A stretch of DNA of 64,000 nt from an uncultured Nitrososphaerota archaeon (GCA_963824385.1 CAWGPD010000001.1:101615-165614); one strand, 5' to 3'. Shown: positions 28,581 through 40,576, counted from the first letter of the stretch. Notes: a model not told the origin generated them from the sequence alone. Numbers and translations: made by a program.

Positions 28581-29525
28581 TTACTTTAGACCTGTACCGT
28601 TATAGTAAGAGTTGTAGTCGTTTAATGCATTGGTCAATGATGCAGTTTGTGCTTGTGCTATTGCTGTATTTCTATCGACGTGTACTTGTTCATTGGTAGG
28701 TGTGCTACTCAAACCATTGTAGTTTGAGGTGTAAGAGTTAAGGCTTGCGTGTTGAATTTCATTGTAGATCATTACAGCTTTTTCAAGTGAATATGCTTCT
28801 TGTGGTGGCAAATTGCGACCTCCGTAATTGAATTCACCGGTCGTCGAACCAGCCTTGAATGCATATGGACTAGTGGTGTCAGAATATGAACCTAGGTTGA
28901 CATAAACTTGGTCAGTCCTTGCAAGTGAGTTGACTAGTGCTGCGGCTTGAGCTACAGCGGTTTGTTCATTTTGATTAATCATCATTTGTCTATCATAAGT
29001 AGTAGTTTCATCGGTTGGAATGCTTTGGCCAAAGTTGTTATAATTTTGCTGAATCTTGATGAGTTGACTTAGAACATCATTTGCTGATACAAGAGATGAT
29101 GCAGTTGCACTGTTAATCATGGCAGTTCTATCTCTACCTTGTTCATCAGTAGCAGTACTAGTAAGTCCAGTATAGTCAGATGCAATATTTGCTAGTGGAT
29201 TTGAGTGAATTCCATCAAATGCAGATATAGCATTTTGAGCAGAAAGTGTTGAAGCATCAGCAATATCTCTACCTCGGCTTGTTTCATCAGTAGCAGTAGT
29301 GTTAAGTCCAGCCCAGTTTGTCTTTGATGCATCCATGTTAGCAAATTGGTAATAGGTATTGTACTTTTCAATAGCCGTTTGCTCGGATGATTGCTGTCGA
29401 GCTACAATATCTGACCAAGGATCATCTGCAAAGACTAATTGGTTCAAGTATGATGAGCCTGCGCTAAATAGAAATCCGGTAATCATTACAACGGCCAATA
29501 ATTTTGAGTTCACGAATTCTCTCAT
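28581..29525 (-). CDS. secreted protein with ~50-aa internal repeats
   Basis: signal peptide; recurring GL.ST.T(D/N)E..(G)RDR...I..A...S...A. Confidence 0.7.
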   Translation of the reverse strand: MREFVNSKLLAVVMITGFLFSAGSSYLNQLVFADDPWSDIVARQQSSEQTAIEKYNTYYQFANMDASKTNWAGLNTTATDETSRGRDIADASTLSAQNAISAFDGIHSNPLANIASDYTGLTSTATDEQGRDRTAMINSATASSLVSANDVLSQLIKIQQNYNNFGQSIPTDETTTYDRQMMINQNEQTAVAQAAALVNSLARTDQVYVNLGSYSDTTSPYAFKAGSTTGEFNYGGRNLPPQEAYSLEKAVMIYNEIQHASLNSYTSNYNGLSSTPTNEQVHVDRNTAIAQAQTASLTNALNDYNSYYNGTGLK

Positions 29526-29607
29526 ATATTATGCCTTTTAAAACTTTGCGATGGATAGGTTTTGAGCATATGATCGCTTGATATATTTCCAATCGTAACA
29601 AATACCA

Positions 29608-30574
29608 ATGGAAGAGATTCTATCAGTCAATAATTTAAAAAAATACTTTGTAAAAAAAGAACTTTCAGGGGCAAGTAAAGAGACCATAAGAGTAGCAGAC
29701 GGAATATCATTTTCAATAAAAACAGGGGAGACCCTGGTATTAGCTGGCGAGTCAGGCTCGGGCAAGACTACAATCGCCCGTATGATACTACGAGCAATAG
29801 AACCAGATTTGGGAACCATAAGTTTTGAGGGAGAAGAGATAACAAATCGTCAAGACCGCCTAAGAAAAATAAGACTTGGTTGTCAGATGGTTCACCAGGA
29901 CCCATATGCATCAATCAATCCAAGAATGACTGTTCTAGATATCGTAAGGGAACCACTAGACATTCATTCCATTGGAAATAAAAAAGAAAGAAACCAGTTA
30001 GTGTTGCAAGCACTAAGTCAGGTAAATCTAGAACCAGTAGAAGAGATTGCAGCAAAATATCCTCACATGTTATCAGGCGGACAAAGGCAAAGAGTTGCAC
30101 TAGCCCGTGCAATTGCAACAAAACCAAAAGTAATCATTGCTGATGAACCCGTTTCAATGCTTGATGTATCAGTAAGAATCGGAGTTTTAGAGCTTATGAA
30201 AAATTTGCAGGAAAAGCTAAAGATTTCTTTTTTGTACATAACACATGATTTGGCCACTGCAAATTATATCGGCAACAGAATTGCAATTTTGTATCTTGGA
30301 AAGATTGTAGAGATTGGACCAATCAATGAAATTTTATCAGGCCCACGCCACCCATATACTCAGGCACTCATAGATTCAATTTCATATCCAGATCCAGAGA
30401 ATCTAAAGAAGGACAGAAAAATTCGAATCAACGATCCCATAGATGTGGATGTGTATCAAGGCTGCAGATTCAGAGACTCGTTGTCCTCATGCTATTGAAA
30501 AATGTAAGCAGGAACCACTACTTGAAGAAATTTCAGACGGCCGTCAAGTTGCATGTTTTGTAAAGATAAACTAG
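29608..30574 (+). CDS. oppF: oligopeptide ABC transporter ATP-binding protein (frameshift near 30476)
   Basis: GESGSGKT, LSGGQRQR, DEPVSMLD; corrected tail RCPHAIEKC...VACF to 30574. Confidence 0.9.
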
Positions 30575-33500
30575 TTTGCTACTTCAGATACATTAGAAAT
30601 TCTATGTGAGACCACATGTGATACACCATTTCTTGGAAATACACCATAAATGAGAGTTGCTTTCTTTACCACAGAGTCTTTAAGTGAAACCATAATCATC
30701 TGACTTCCTTTTGATCTATCTTCAAGTATTGTAGAGAGTCGTTCAGTGTTTAATGCGTCAAGGTGTGCATCAACCTCATCTAAAAGATAGAAGGGGGACG
30801 GCTTTAGTTTTTGAAGAGCTAACAAAAATGTAATTGCAGCAAGCGTTTTTTCTCCACCACTAATTGATGTAGATTCTCGTTTTGGTTTATTTGGAAACTG
30901 GACCAAATATGATATACCTGATGAAAATATGTCATCTTCATTTTGAATCTCAAGCCATGCATTACCCCCAGTCATCTTGCTAAATATTTCACGGATATCC
31001 TTGTCTACCTTATCATATGATTCCAAGAATGTCTGACGTTTGCCCTTGTCAATCTCTTCAATAAATTTGACTATAGAGTTTCTTTCTTCTTCAAGTTCAT
31101 TTTTTCTTGAGGACATGGAACGATATCCGTTTGAGATTTCAACATATGTTTCAGGAGCCCTAGTATTCAAAGAGCCTGACAGATTTCTCTTCTCTGATTC
31201 CAATTCAATTAGAATTTGATCAACATCAAAGGACTCCAAAAGTGTGTCATACCCATAAGATTCTAATGTCTTTCTGATTCGGCTCTCGTTTTCTGCTAGA
31301 TCCTTAATATCTCGCAATATAGAATCGGATTGTCTTTCCATGCCGTTTACCTCTTTGCTTAATGCCCTTTCAGATTCATACAGTCCTTTTAGTTTAGAAT
31401 CGTATTCTTTTAGCGTGGATACAGAGGTACCAGAAGTGGATATCAGTTGTTGCTCTTTTTCTCTCAAAGTTACAAGTATCAAGTCAACACTTTCTTTCTC
31501 TTTTGCAAGTGCCCTTGACTGGACTTCGATATCATATTTTTCATTATTTATCGATGACTGTTCCTGAGTCAAAAGCCTAACATTTGCTTTGAATGAATTT
31601 TCTTCATTTCCAAGGTTGGTCAAATTACCAGTTAACTCTCTAAACTGAGTCGAGATAGTGCTATGAGAACTTAGAAGATTAGAGCGCTTTTCATTTAATG
31701 CAGAGAGCAGACTTGCCACTCTTGTCTGGCCCTCATCGGCATAGTTTTCATTGGTAAGAGAGATGCGTTCTTCAAGAGATGCCTCGTATGATTGTAATTT
31801 GGATAGATTAACCATAATGCTCTCTTCTCTTCTTCGCAATTGAGAGATCCTTGAGGTATGTTGTTCCTCGGACAGATTTAGTGTTTTTAATTTTGCTTTG
31901 ATGTCAGAAAGACCAAGGTTGACATTTGTAAACCCAGTCTCAGACGAGTTGTATCGATTATCAAGACTGTCCATAATTCTTTCAAGTTTTTTTCACTGCC
32001 CCTTTTTATTTTGAATAAATCTTCGCAATAATTCTATAGATTCAACCAGTCCATCTACTGAGGTGCTTAGTAAAATTATTTTTGTTAGGTGTGATACCTT
32101 GGAGTTTACATCAATTACAACAGCATTTGCATCAGCTTCAAAGAATTGTCCGTCAGTAGTTACTGATCTATAACCGTTCTTTGACAACTCGTATGCTTTC
32201 TCCTTGGAATCCACAAGTACAATGTTTCCAAAAATAAAGTTCTTTAGTGACTCAAACTTTTCCTCACACTTGACAAATTCAGATAGCACTCCAAGCACTC
32301 CAGGTTCTTTAGTGATTGAGATTTTAGAGTTGGATATTGCATCAAGCGGTATTATCCTAATCTTTGGTAATTTTTTCTCTTGTGCAAATTCTGCCAGTCC
32401 AAGTAAAGTCGCAAAGTCATTTACAACCAATCCCTTGAGCCAGTCAGAACCAACTGCCAATAGTGGTCGTTCATATTGTTTATCCCATGTTAGAATCTCA
32501 AAGACTAGGCCTTGTATTCCAAGTCGCTTTGAATCTTCTTTGAGTTTTGCAATAGAATAATCTTCATGCATTACTTCTTTTACAACTTTGATCTTTGCTT
32601 CATATTGTGCTGCAGCCTTGCTTGCTTTTTCAAAGATCAGTGCTGTTTCTTCTATGTCTTTTTCTATCTTGACACGTCTTTCGCGTAGATTTCCAAGTCT
32701 TGATTTTAGATCATTGATTGCCTCTTCATGACCAGTTCTTACCTGACGAAGTCTTCTCTCAAGATCAAGGAGATTCTCCTTCTCATCAAGTATGGATTTT
32801 ATTCGAGAAGAGTTTTGTTCTATTTTATTTTTAATGTCACCGCGTTCTTGCTCTAGTTTTGATAAAGAAAGTTTTGTGTCGTTTAATTGGTCTGAAAGAT
32901 TTCGTATCTTTTCATCAACGCGCATTTTGTTTGTGGCAATCTGCGATTGTTGTTTTAACACCTGATTGATTTCAGAGTCTACTGACGCAAGTTCTACATT
33001 TGCAGTCTTTCTTGTTTCATTAATCGTAGCGATGGAATTTTTTAGTTCAATTATTTGAGTTTCTAATATGGTACGTTGTTCGTTTAATTTTGTAAGATCA
33101 GATTGAATTTCGGGCAATCTAGAATCAATCTGTGAAAGCCTTCTTGCATTTGTAGCAAGCTTACTGTTTGCAGCTTCAAATTTATGCATTGCATCTGCAA
33201 GTTCAGAATCAATTGTAGCCTTTGCTTGATTATACACATTTACTTCGTCCATGAACTTTTGTTTTTCTTCTTCAAGTTTTTTTATTTCATCTCGAAGTTG
33301 GGTACGTTGCTCATCAAATTTTTTGGATTCAGACAGGATTGAGTGCAAGTTTCGTTCTTTGGAAATTTTAGTTGATTCAATATCACGTAGTTTATTTGAA
33401 GACTGAATAGCGTATAGCCTTTTTAGTTCCTTATCAATAACATCATATCGGAGTTGGTTGTTTCTTTCTTCTTCTAGCTCATCGATGCGTTTTTTGATCT

Positions 33501-34095
33501 CATCCATTCTAGCAAGTGCGATCTCAAGTCTTCTGTCTGCCTCATCTAGTTGTTTTAACGACTCGGTCTTTTTTTCATCAAAATATGCTAGCCCTATGAT
33601 ATCCTCGATAATCTTTCTTCGTTCTTCGGCATTAAATTCAGAGATTCTGGTGATGGTTCCCTGCTGTACAATGTTGAGTTTATGAATGCCACAATTTGCC
33701 ACCTCAAGTATATCTAAAACATGGTTTCGGAGCACCTTTTTTTGGTTTAAATAGTAAATGTTCTCTCCGTTTTCATCCATCTCCCTTGTAATTATTACAG
33801 CGTTAGAATCCACCGGAATCTTCCTGTCAGTATTATCAAAATGACAGCTTACACGCGCTATCTTGGCACCATGCTTTGCATTATCAACATCATGCAGTAA
33901 CGAACGAAGCTTGTCTACTCGCATTACCTTTGGAGAGTTTTCCCCAAGCGAAAAAGAGATGGCATCAAGTATGTTACTCTTGCCAGAACCGTTTGCCCCA
34001 GATATTGCAACCAATCCTTGCTCAAAATTTACTATAGTATTCTTATATCCAAAGGATTTGAAGCCAAAGATCTCTAGCTTGCGTATATGTACCAA
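30571..34095 (-). CDS. smc: chromosome segregation protein SMC (in-frame TGA at 31993-31995)
   Basis: GANGSGKSN, coiled coils, hinge, SGGEKT, LLDEVDAHLD; both ORF halves are in the same frame. Confidence 0.95.
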
Positions 34096-34177
34096 TGCAT
34101 CCGATAGCGTTTGAGCTGAAATAACAGATTATTGCCAAGTTTCATTGAGCTGCTGAATAAAAATTATAATGTGAGAT

Positions 34178-35245
34178 CTAACTGTCTCGCTTGCCTTCTA
34201 CAAATTCTGCAAAGGCCTTCTTTGCTTCAGCATACGGCATCTGGATAGGAGGATGTTTGAAGCAATAAGACGAGATGCTTGTCATCGGTCCTGATAGTTT
34301 TCTGTCTAGTGCAATCTTTAGTCCTCGGATTGCATCGATCATTATTCCTGCACTATTGTATGCATCAATTACTTTGAGTTTTAAATCCAACTTGACTGGG
34401 ATCTTGCCAAAATATTTTCCTTCCAAGTTTATGTAACATATTTTTTCATTATCTATAAAATCAACAAAATCACTAGGACCTATTCTCATTGGTATATCAT
34501 AATCTGCCATTGCTTTTACTGCACTTGTCTTACTGATTCTTTTATCTTCCAATCTCTCTTCGTCCAGCATGTTATAGAAATCCATGTCTCCACCAATGTT
34601 TAGCTGATAAGTTCCATCAATCTGTACGCCTCTATCTACAAAGAGTTTGACAAGGGTCTTATGAACAACTGTTGCACCAAGCTGGCTCATCACATCATCA
34701 CCTGCAAGCGGGATCTTTTTGTCAGAGTAAGCCTGTTGCCATTTTGGTTCTGATGCAATAAACACTGGAATTGCGTTAAGAAATCCTATCCCTGCCTCTA
34801 ATGCCTGACTTGCATAATGCCTTACTGCATTAGTGCTACCTACAGGAAGATAATTTACAAGCATCTCTGCCCCGGTGTCTTGAAGAACCTTTTTGACATT
34901 GACATCAGGCTCAGAAGAATTTGTAACAATTTGGCTCAAGTGTCTGCCTAGACCGTCAAAGGTTGGGCCTTTTTGAACAGTTACGCCCATGTTAGGGACT
35001 TCGGCTACGGTAATAGTATTATTTGGTTTTGCATAGATGGCCTCAGATACGTCTTTTCCCACTTTGGTATCTGCAACATCAAATGCTGCCACCACTTCAA
35101 TATCTCCTGGTTCATATCCACCTAGGTTATAGGCTGTCAAGCCTATTGTATCACGAGTATTTTCTGAATAATATTTTGCGCCCTGAATAATTGCAGAAGC
35201 ACAGTTTCCCATACCTGCTATTGCAATCTTGATTTTCTTACCCAA
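34178..35245 (-). CDS. ino1: myo-inositol-1-phosphate synthase
   Basis: GMGNCAS, NYLPVGS, GDD..SQLGAT, QLNIGG, KRISKT. Confidence 0.93.
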   Translation of the reverse strand: MGKKIKIAIAGMGNCASAIIQGAKYYSENTRDTIGLTAYNLGGYEPGDIEVVAAFDVADTKVGKDVSEAIYAKPNNTITVAEVPNMGVTVQKGPTFDGLGRHLSQIVTNSSEPDVNVKKVLQDTGAEMLVNYLPVGSTNAVRHYASQALEAGIGFLNAIPVFIASEPKWQQAYSDKKIPLAGDDVMSQLGATVVHKTLVKLFVDRGVQIDGTYQLNIGGDMDFYNMLDEERLEDKRISKTSAVKAMADYDIPMRIGPSDFVDFIDNEKICYINLEGKYFGKIPVKLDLKLKVIDAYNSAGIMIDAIRGLKIALDRKLSGPMTSISSYCFKHPPIQMPYAEAKKAFAEFVEGKRDS

Positions 35246-35333
35246 CTTCGATAGACTAGCAAATAATCCATCATATTAATTACTTGTGATTCCGAACAGA
35301 GGATTTTATAGCCCAGAACTGAATTATGGAATT

Positions 35334-36273
35334 ATGATAAAGCCCGGCAAACCTGTCAAGGATATTTGTATAAAAAAAGGAGATACCATTGATACAATAT
35401 TTGATCAAATGTCAAAGTCAGGTGGGTTTGAATCAAAAAATCTTGTGGATGGTCTCAATATTTTAACTTCGATGATAGAAGACAAAAACTGTCTGAAATT
35501 TATGTCGTTTGTTGGTGCCATAATATCAACAGGTCTGAGAGGAGTAATTACAGACATGGTAAAAAATAGAATGTGTGATGTCATAATTACTACTTGTGGA
35601 GACTTTGGACCATGACATAGCTAGACATTATTCTAATTATCTAGAAGGTTCGTTTACAATGGATGATAGTGAGCTTATGGAAAAAGAGATTCACAGACTA
35701 GGAAATGTTCTAGTTCCAATGAAAAGCTATGGTCCATTAATTGAAGAAAAAATGCAAAAATTTCTTCAACAAGCATACAAAGATGGCAAGAGAGAGATGT
35801 CAACTAGAGACATAACAAAAATGATTGGAGAACAACTCGGAGAGGATTCGTTTCTTTACTGGGCCAACAAAAATAACATCCCTGTCATAGTTCCAGGAAT
35901 AATGGACGGTGCAGTAGGAAGTCAAATCTGGATGTTTTCACAAATTCATGCAGATTTTAAATTAAATATTTTATCTGACGGAGATTTATTATCAGGATTA
36001 ATCTTCAAGGCAAAAAAATCTGGTGCACTAATGATAGGAGGAGGCATATCAAAACATCATACTTTATGGTGGAATCAATACAGAGAAGGTCTTGACTATG
36101 CAGTATACATTACAACTGCTCAAGAATTTGATGGTAGTTTGAGTGGAGCACTTGTTAGAGAGGCAATATCATGGGGAAAAGTTACAAAGAATGCAAAACA
36201 GACTACGATACATGCAGAGGCAACAACAATTTTGCCATTTCTTTATTCGGCACTACTTGCAAGAATCAAATAG
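35334..36273 (+). CDS. dhs: deoxyhypusine synthase (frameshift near 35602)
   Basis: ISTGLRG, ITTCG[A]LDHD, HRLGNV, GGGISKHH, DGSLSGA..REAISWGK. Confidence 0.92.
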
Positions 36274-36967
36274 TATAGATGTTTTTTTGATAGATATCCT
36301 CAAACCCTAGATTAGCATAAAATTTTGATAGATTATCCCGCTCGTAGGCCTCAAGCATTAAAAACTCTAAATTTCTAGAGTGGACCTCGTGTAATGCAAA
36401 GTCAATCAAAGAGGCAGCATAGCCTTGTTTTCTCCCAGATGGGACGGTTCCAAGACAATAAAGTCCCAAGATTGAATTTTTTTCATATAAAACCATGCAT
36501 GAACTGCTTGATTTATCCACATAATACTCTGCCAGGGAAAGCGAGTTTTTCAATATAGAACTAACAGGTTCTGCCCACTCTTTGCAATCATATGCTTCAC
36601 AAAAGATCCTAGTCCATAAAGAAACAGTATCAGTTGTTATCTTTATCGCAGAAGGTGTCTTCGATGATAATGTTCTTTTTTTTAATACGTGTTGAGAATC
36701 ATGATATACAAAGCCCTTACTTTTGAGAAAGTTCTCAAGTTCGGGATAGTTTAGAGAATAGACGTATGGGGTAGAATTATTTTTTTGAAATAGTTCCATT
36801 GATTCTGTAATCATTTTTTCGCTTGTACATGTTACATTTGTCAACTTGTTAAAAAAAATGTCATCTGCAAGTTTTGGATTTAAAAATACAGTGCCGCATT
36901 CCAGTTGAGTTTGATTACTCCATATTTGTGTAAAACCATTGTCATTTGATTCTGTGTTTTGCATCAT
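36266..36967 (-). CDS. GNAT N-acetyltransferase
   Basis: GTVPSGRKQGYA and FYANLGF motifs; ATGA overlap with the CysRS-like gene. Confidence 0.85.
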   Translation of the reverse strand: MMQNTESNDNGFTQIWSNQTQLECGTVFLNPKLADDIFFNKLTNVTCTSEKMITESMELFQKNNSTPYVYSLNYPELENFLKSKGFVYHDSQHVLKKRTLSSKTPSAIKITTDTVSLWTRIFCEAYDCKEWAEPVSSILKNSLSLAEYYVDKSSSSCMVLYEKNSILGLYCLGTVPSGRKQGYAASLIDFALHEVHSRNLEFLMLEAYERDNLSKFYANLGFEDIYQKNIYTI

Positions 36968-38124
36968 GGTATGATTCCAAGTATTTTGCATATACGATCA
37001 AAATCATTTTGGTTTATTCCCTTTCCATTTTTCACTTCGATGCAGATTTTTTCTAGTGTGTCAAGAGCCTTTGGAGAATCAAGATCATCATATAGCGATT
37101 GTATGAAATCGCCAATTAGTTTACTTATATCGTTATGAGTTTTATCAGAGACTCTAGATTTTGCCAACTGGATTAAATCCAGTAATGGTTTTTTTATCAA
37201 TAGTTCTTTTTCAGAAAAATCCATGTCATCACGATAATGTTTAGAAAAAATATACAGTCGTATTATATTCTGGTCGTACTTTTTAATCAAATCTTTTACC
37301 CATACAACATTTCCAAGAGATTTTGACATCTTTTCTCCTCCAGATAAAACAAGACCCACATGTACCCATGCTTTAACAGGAATATCGGTATCCGATAGGA
37401 GTTGATACTGTGCAAGATGCGCCTCATGATGAGGATACAAGAGTTCTCTTGCACCACCATGAATATCATAATTCTTGCCAAAATTCTCAAATGCGACAGC
37501 TGTATCTTGCATGTGCCACCATGGAATTCCCTCTCCAAGTTCACTCTTCCATGAGAAATCAAAATCATCAGTGCAGTTCCACAACATGATATCTTCTGGA
37601 TTTTTCTTTCCGGGACCAATGTCTAGTCGGTGTAGGCTCAATTGTTGCTTTGTTTGATGCGAAATCTTGCCATAGTTTTTCACTTTGGAGATATCAAGAT
37701 AGACATTTCCATGAGCCATGTAAGCAACTTGTTTTTGAATCAATGTACCAACTTGATTTTCTATATGGGATACATAGTCTGAAACAAATGCAAGTCTAGT
37801 AATACTTTGTATATTTAGTGATTGAATGTCAGTTAGAAATGCGGACGCATAAAATTTAGCGACGTCTTTGTAGGTGGTAGAATTTTCTTTAGCTTTGTTA
37901 AAGACATTTTGATTGATATCTGTAATATTTACAAGAATGTCAGTTCCAAGACCTTGATCATTTAAGCATCTAGCTAGAAGGTCATATGTTAAAAATATCC
38001 TAGCATGACCTAAATGAGTATAGTCGTATACAGTGGGACCACAGATGAATACTTTGACAAGATTTTTGTCAAATGGAACAAAGTCTTCTTTAGATGATGA
38101 AAAAGAATTAAAAAGTTTGAGCAT
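36964..38124 (-). CDS. short CysRS paralogue (class I aaRS-like ligase)
   Basis: CGPTVY, HLGH, DIHGG, HHE, KMSKS; GIPWWHMQD replaces GRPGWHIEC; 386 aa. Confidence 0.85.
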   Translation of the reverse strand: MLKLFNSFSSSKEDFVPFDKNLVKVFICGPTVYDYTHLGHARIFLTYDLLARCLNDQGLGTDILVNITDINQNVFNKAKENSTTYKDVAKFYASAFLTDIQSLNIQSITRLAFVSDYVSHIENQVGTLIQKQVAYMAHGNVYLDISKVKNYGKISHQTKQQLSLHRLDIGPGKKNPEDIMLWNCTDDFDFSWKSELGEGIPWWHMQDTAVAFENFGKNYDIHGGARELLYPHHEAHLAQYQLLSDTDIPVKAWVHVGLVLSGGEKMSKSLGNVVWVKDLIKKYDQNIIRLYIFSKHYRDDMDFSEKELLIKKPLLDLIQLAKSRVSDKTHNDISKLIGDFIQSLYDDLDSPKALDTLEKICIEVKNGKGINQNDFDRICKILGIIP

Positions 38125-38132
38125 TTTTTGAC

Positions 38133-38378
38133 TTAACGTCCACCCTGAGACAGGATTGGAGTTAATGTCACAGTAGATCGAACCTTTGCAAGTCGTCTAA
38201 TTTTGTGAGTTATGATTGACTCTAGTGAAGATTGGGAATCAGCTTGCAATTTTACAAATATATCATATATCCCATATGTTCCTCGTACCTCTTTTACTTC
38301 GGGAATTTTTGCAAGCTCTGATATAATATCAACTTCAGAGCCCAGATCACAGTTAATCAGTATGTAAAGTGATTCCAT
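38133..38378 (-). CDS. stand-alone Lrp/AsnC ligand-binding (RAM) domain
   Basis: YILINC..., GIYDIFVK, IRRLAKVRSTVTL. Confidence 0.85.
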   Translation of the reverse strand: MESLYILINCDLGSEVDIISELAKIPEVKEVRGTYGIYDIFVKLQADSQSSLESIITHKIRRLAKVRSTVTLTPILSQGGR

Positions 38379-38446
38379 GACTAAAGTCTATTTTTGCCAC
38401 ATAAAATGATATCCATATTTAAAAAGGCGTATTCGATAACTCGTAT

Positions 38447-39166
38447 ATGGCAAATGAGACTGTATTTGTAAGAGAGATAATTCCAATCGATGTAAAAGAC
38501 GGCTATCTCATTGATGGTTTTCCATATACAGGATTGGCAAATGCCATAGCAACAGAATCACTTGTCAATAACACCGCTCAGTTTGAACTAGCAGGTGTTC
38601 TTGATTCAGAATTATTTCCTCCAATTAGCATAGTAAGAGATGAAGTGCCAAACTTTCCAGCAAGAATTCTGGTTAATAAAAATCTAAGACTAGCAGTATT
38701 TTCATCATATCTTACTCCTCATGAATCAATTCATCGTGAAGTGGCAAAGACCATGTTAAAGTGGGCTAGTGACCACAAATGCTCACTTATCATCAGCAGC
38801 TCTGCAATCAAAAGTGATGAGGATGCACCTTTTGTAATAGGAGTTGGAAGTACTGATGCGGCCAAGAAGAAACTGCGTGATGCATCTATTCCAGTATTAA
38901 AAAATGGTACAATACCCGGCATTCCAGGAATTTTACTAAATGAGGGATTGATATCAAACATCAATGTCATTGTACTCTTGTGCAAAGCCAGAGAATCAGG
39001 TCCTGACTTTAGAGCAGGTGCAGAGATTTGTATGGCAATGTCAAAACTAGTTCCAGGTGCCTCATGTGATCTTAAATCATTACTACGTGAAGCTGAAGGC
39101 ATAGAAGAAAACCTCAAACAGACAGAGCAAGATGCAGGTCCACTCCGAGATGCAATTTACGGATGA
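38447..39166 (+). CDS. PAC2-family proteasome assembly chaperone
   Basis: LIDGFP..GL, SELFPP, GIPGILL, PDFRAG. Confidence 0.85.
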   Translation: MANETVFVREIIPIDVKDGYLIDGFPYTGLANAIATESLVNNTAQFELAGVLDSELFPPISIVRDEVPNFPARILVNKNLRLAVFSSYLTPHESIHREVAKTMLKWASDHKCSLIISSSAIKSDEDAPFVIGVGSTDAAKKKLRDASIPVLKNGTIPGIPGILLNEGLISNINVIVLLCKARESGPDFRAGAEICMAMSKLVPGASCDLKSLLREAEGIEENLKQTEQDAGPLRDAIYG

Positions 39167-39411
39167 CATACCAAGAACGTTCCATTACAAAAGACAACTT
39201 GGAGAAATTTTTAAGATTATTAGATTCTGATGAAGGCATAAGAATCGATAATGAATCAGGTCACATATTTATCAACAAGACTTTGAAAAGATACTGCATA
39301 AATATTTCAAATAATGACAAAGACGAGTTTATCTACAAAAATACAGTAAAAGATACAATTGAATTTTTACAAGATCATATTACTGAAACATCAAAGATTG
39401 TCGCATACTAG
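39163..39411 (+). CDS. hypothetical protein
   Basis: 82-aa ORF overlapping the PAC2 stop. Confidence 0.6.
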   Translation: MTYQERSITKDNLEKFLRLLDSDEGIRIDNESGHIFINKTLKRYCINISNNDKDEFIYKNTVKDTIEFLQDHITETSKIVAY

Positions 39412-39486
39412 ATATTCATCCACAGTCTAATCCTTTGACATCGGATTTACATTCAGAGATATTAAGAAATTTTTGTATTTAGAATT

Positions 39487-39765
39487 CTAGCCTTTTGAGA
39501 CGTCTATCTCTATAGTTGAGACATTTCTTTCTTTTCCATCTTTTGATTGCAATCTCTCAGAGAAGATCCTCACACTGCTTACTTTGTATCCCATTGCATT
39601 CATTCGTTTAACTATCATTTGGGAAACATCTACGGCAGTGATTATGCTCCTGCCTCTTGCCTTTATAGTAACAGTGGGCTCGTTTGCTAAAAGTGTCAGA
39701 GTAGCATTAAGATATGTCAAAATGGGTTTTTTACCAATAAATATGATATTAGGCGGTCTTGACAT
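39487..39765 (-). CDS. albA: Alba DNA/RNA-binding protein
   Basis: IFIGKKP, IKARGRSI..AVDV, RNVSTIEI. Confidence 0.9.
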   Translation of the reverse strand: MSRPPNIIFIGKKPILTYLNATLTLLANEPTVTIKARGRSIITAVDVSQMIVKRMNAMGYKVSSVRIFSERLQSKDGKERNVSTIEIDVSKG

Positions 39766-39982
39766 ACGACAACTTTTGTTGTGTTTTATTTAATGGTTAG
39801 TCTAGCAAAACTGGGCTTGACTAATTAACAGGCTCATTTGAACACATCTAAAAGATCTTGTTACAATATAGTAAATCAATTTCTAGTCAGACACAAAATA
39901 ATTTTAAAAAAACTAGACTAGTCATGATATAATTGATAATCTATTTGAATTTTAAATATTAGTTGAGGCATTTACAATACCC

Positions 39983-40300
39983 GTGACAAAAAATACAAAG
40001 AAAAAACCGTTTGACCCAGACAGATTATCACTTCAAAAAAAGGACATTTTAGAATTCTGTGAAAGAGTATTGGCAAACTGGCAAAAAGAGCCGCTAACTA
40101 CTGAAATGACTCGAAATATTTCAGCAATGGTTGCAGTAAGAACTGCGATTTATTTTACAGATGAGGAATCACTAAAGGCCATTTGGTCAGAGATTGTAAA
40201 ATGGATTTATCAGTTATTATATGAAAATGCAATGGCGCAAGGAAAAGAAGAAAAATCAGAATGGGCAGAAACCATGGAAAAAATAAAAAAAGAAAAATAA
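39983..40300 (+). CDS. hypothetical protein
   Basis: 105-aa ORF with TTTAAATA box upstream. Confidence 0.55.
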   Translation: MTKNTKKKPFDPDRLSLQKKDILEFCERVLANWQKEPLTTEMTRNISAMVAVRTAIYFTDEESLKAIWSEIVKWIYQLLYENAMAQGKEEKSEWAETMEKIKKEK

Positions 40301-40330
40301 ATCATAAATCCGGTTAGTTTGCACCTTTCC

Positions 40331-40576
40331 TTAATGGTTAAGGTTTTTTTTCTCGATATATCGTTGAAGGATATTTTCAATATCTTCAGATTGAGATTGT
40401 TTTACCTCTTCGATTACATCTTTTTCTGCTATTTCATAGCAATTTAGCATATCATTTTTTTCTTTGTAAAATAACAGGATTTTTTCTTGATATATACAAT
40501 AATACAGCTTGTCAACTTCCATCTTCTCTGATCTTATTTTGACACCTTCAGGTTCTACTGCAATGGGATAATCCAT
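40331..40576 (-). CDS. hypothetical protein
   Basis: 81-aa ATG ORF. Confidence 0.6.
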   Translation of the reverse strand: MDYPIAVEPEGVKIRSEKMEVDKLYYCIYQEKILLFYKEKNDMLNCYEIAEKDVIEEVKQSQSEDIENILQRYIEKKNLNH

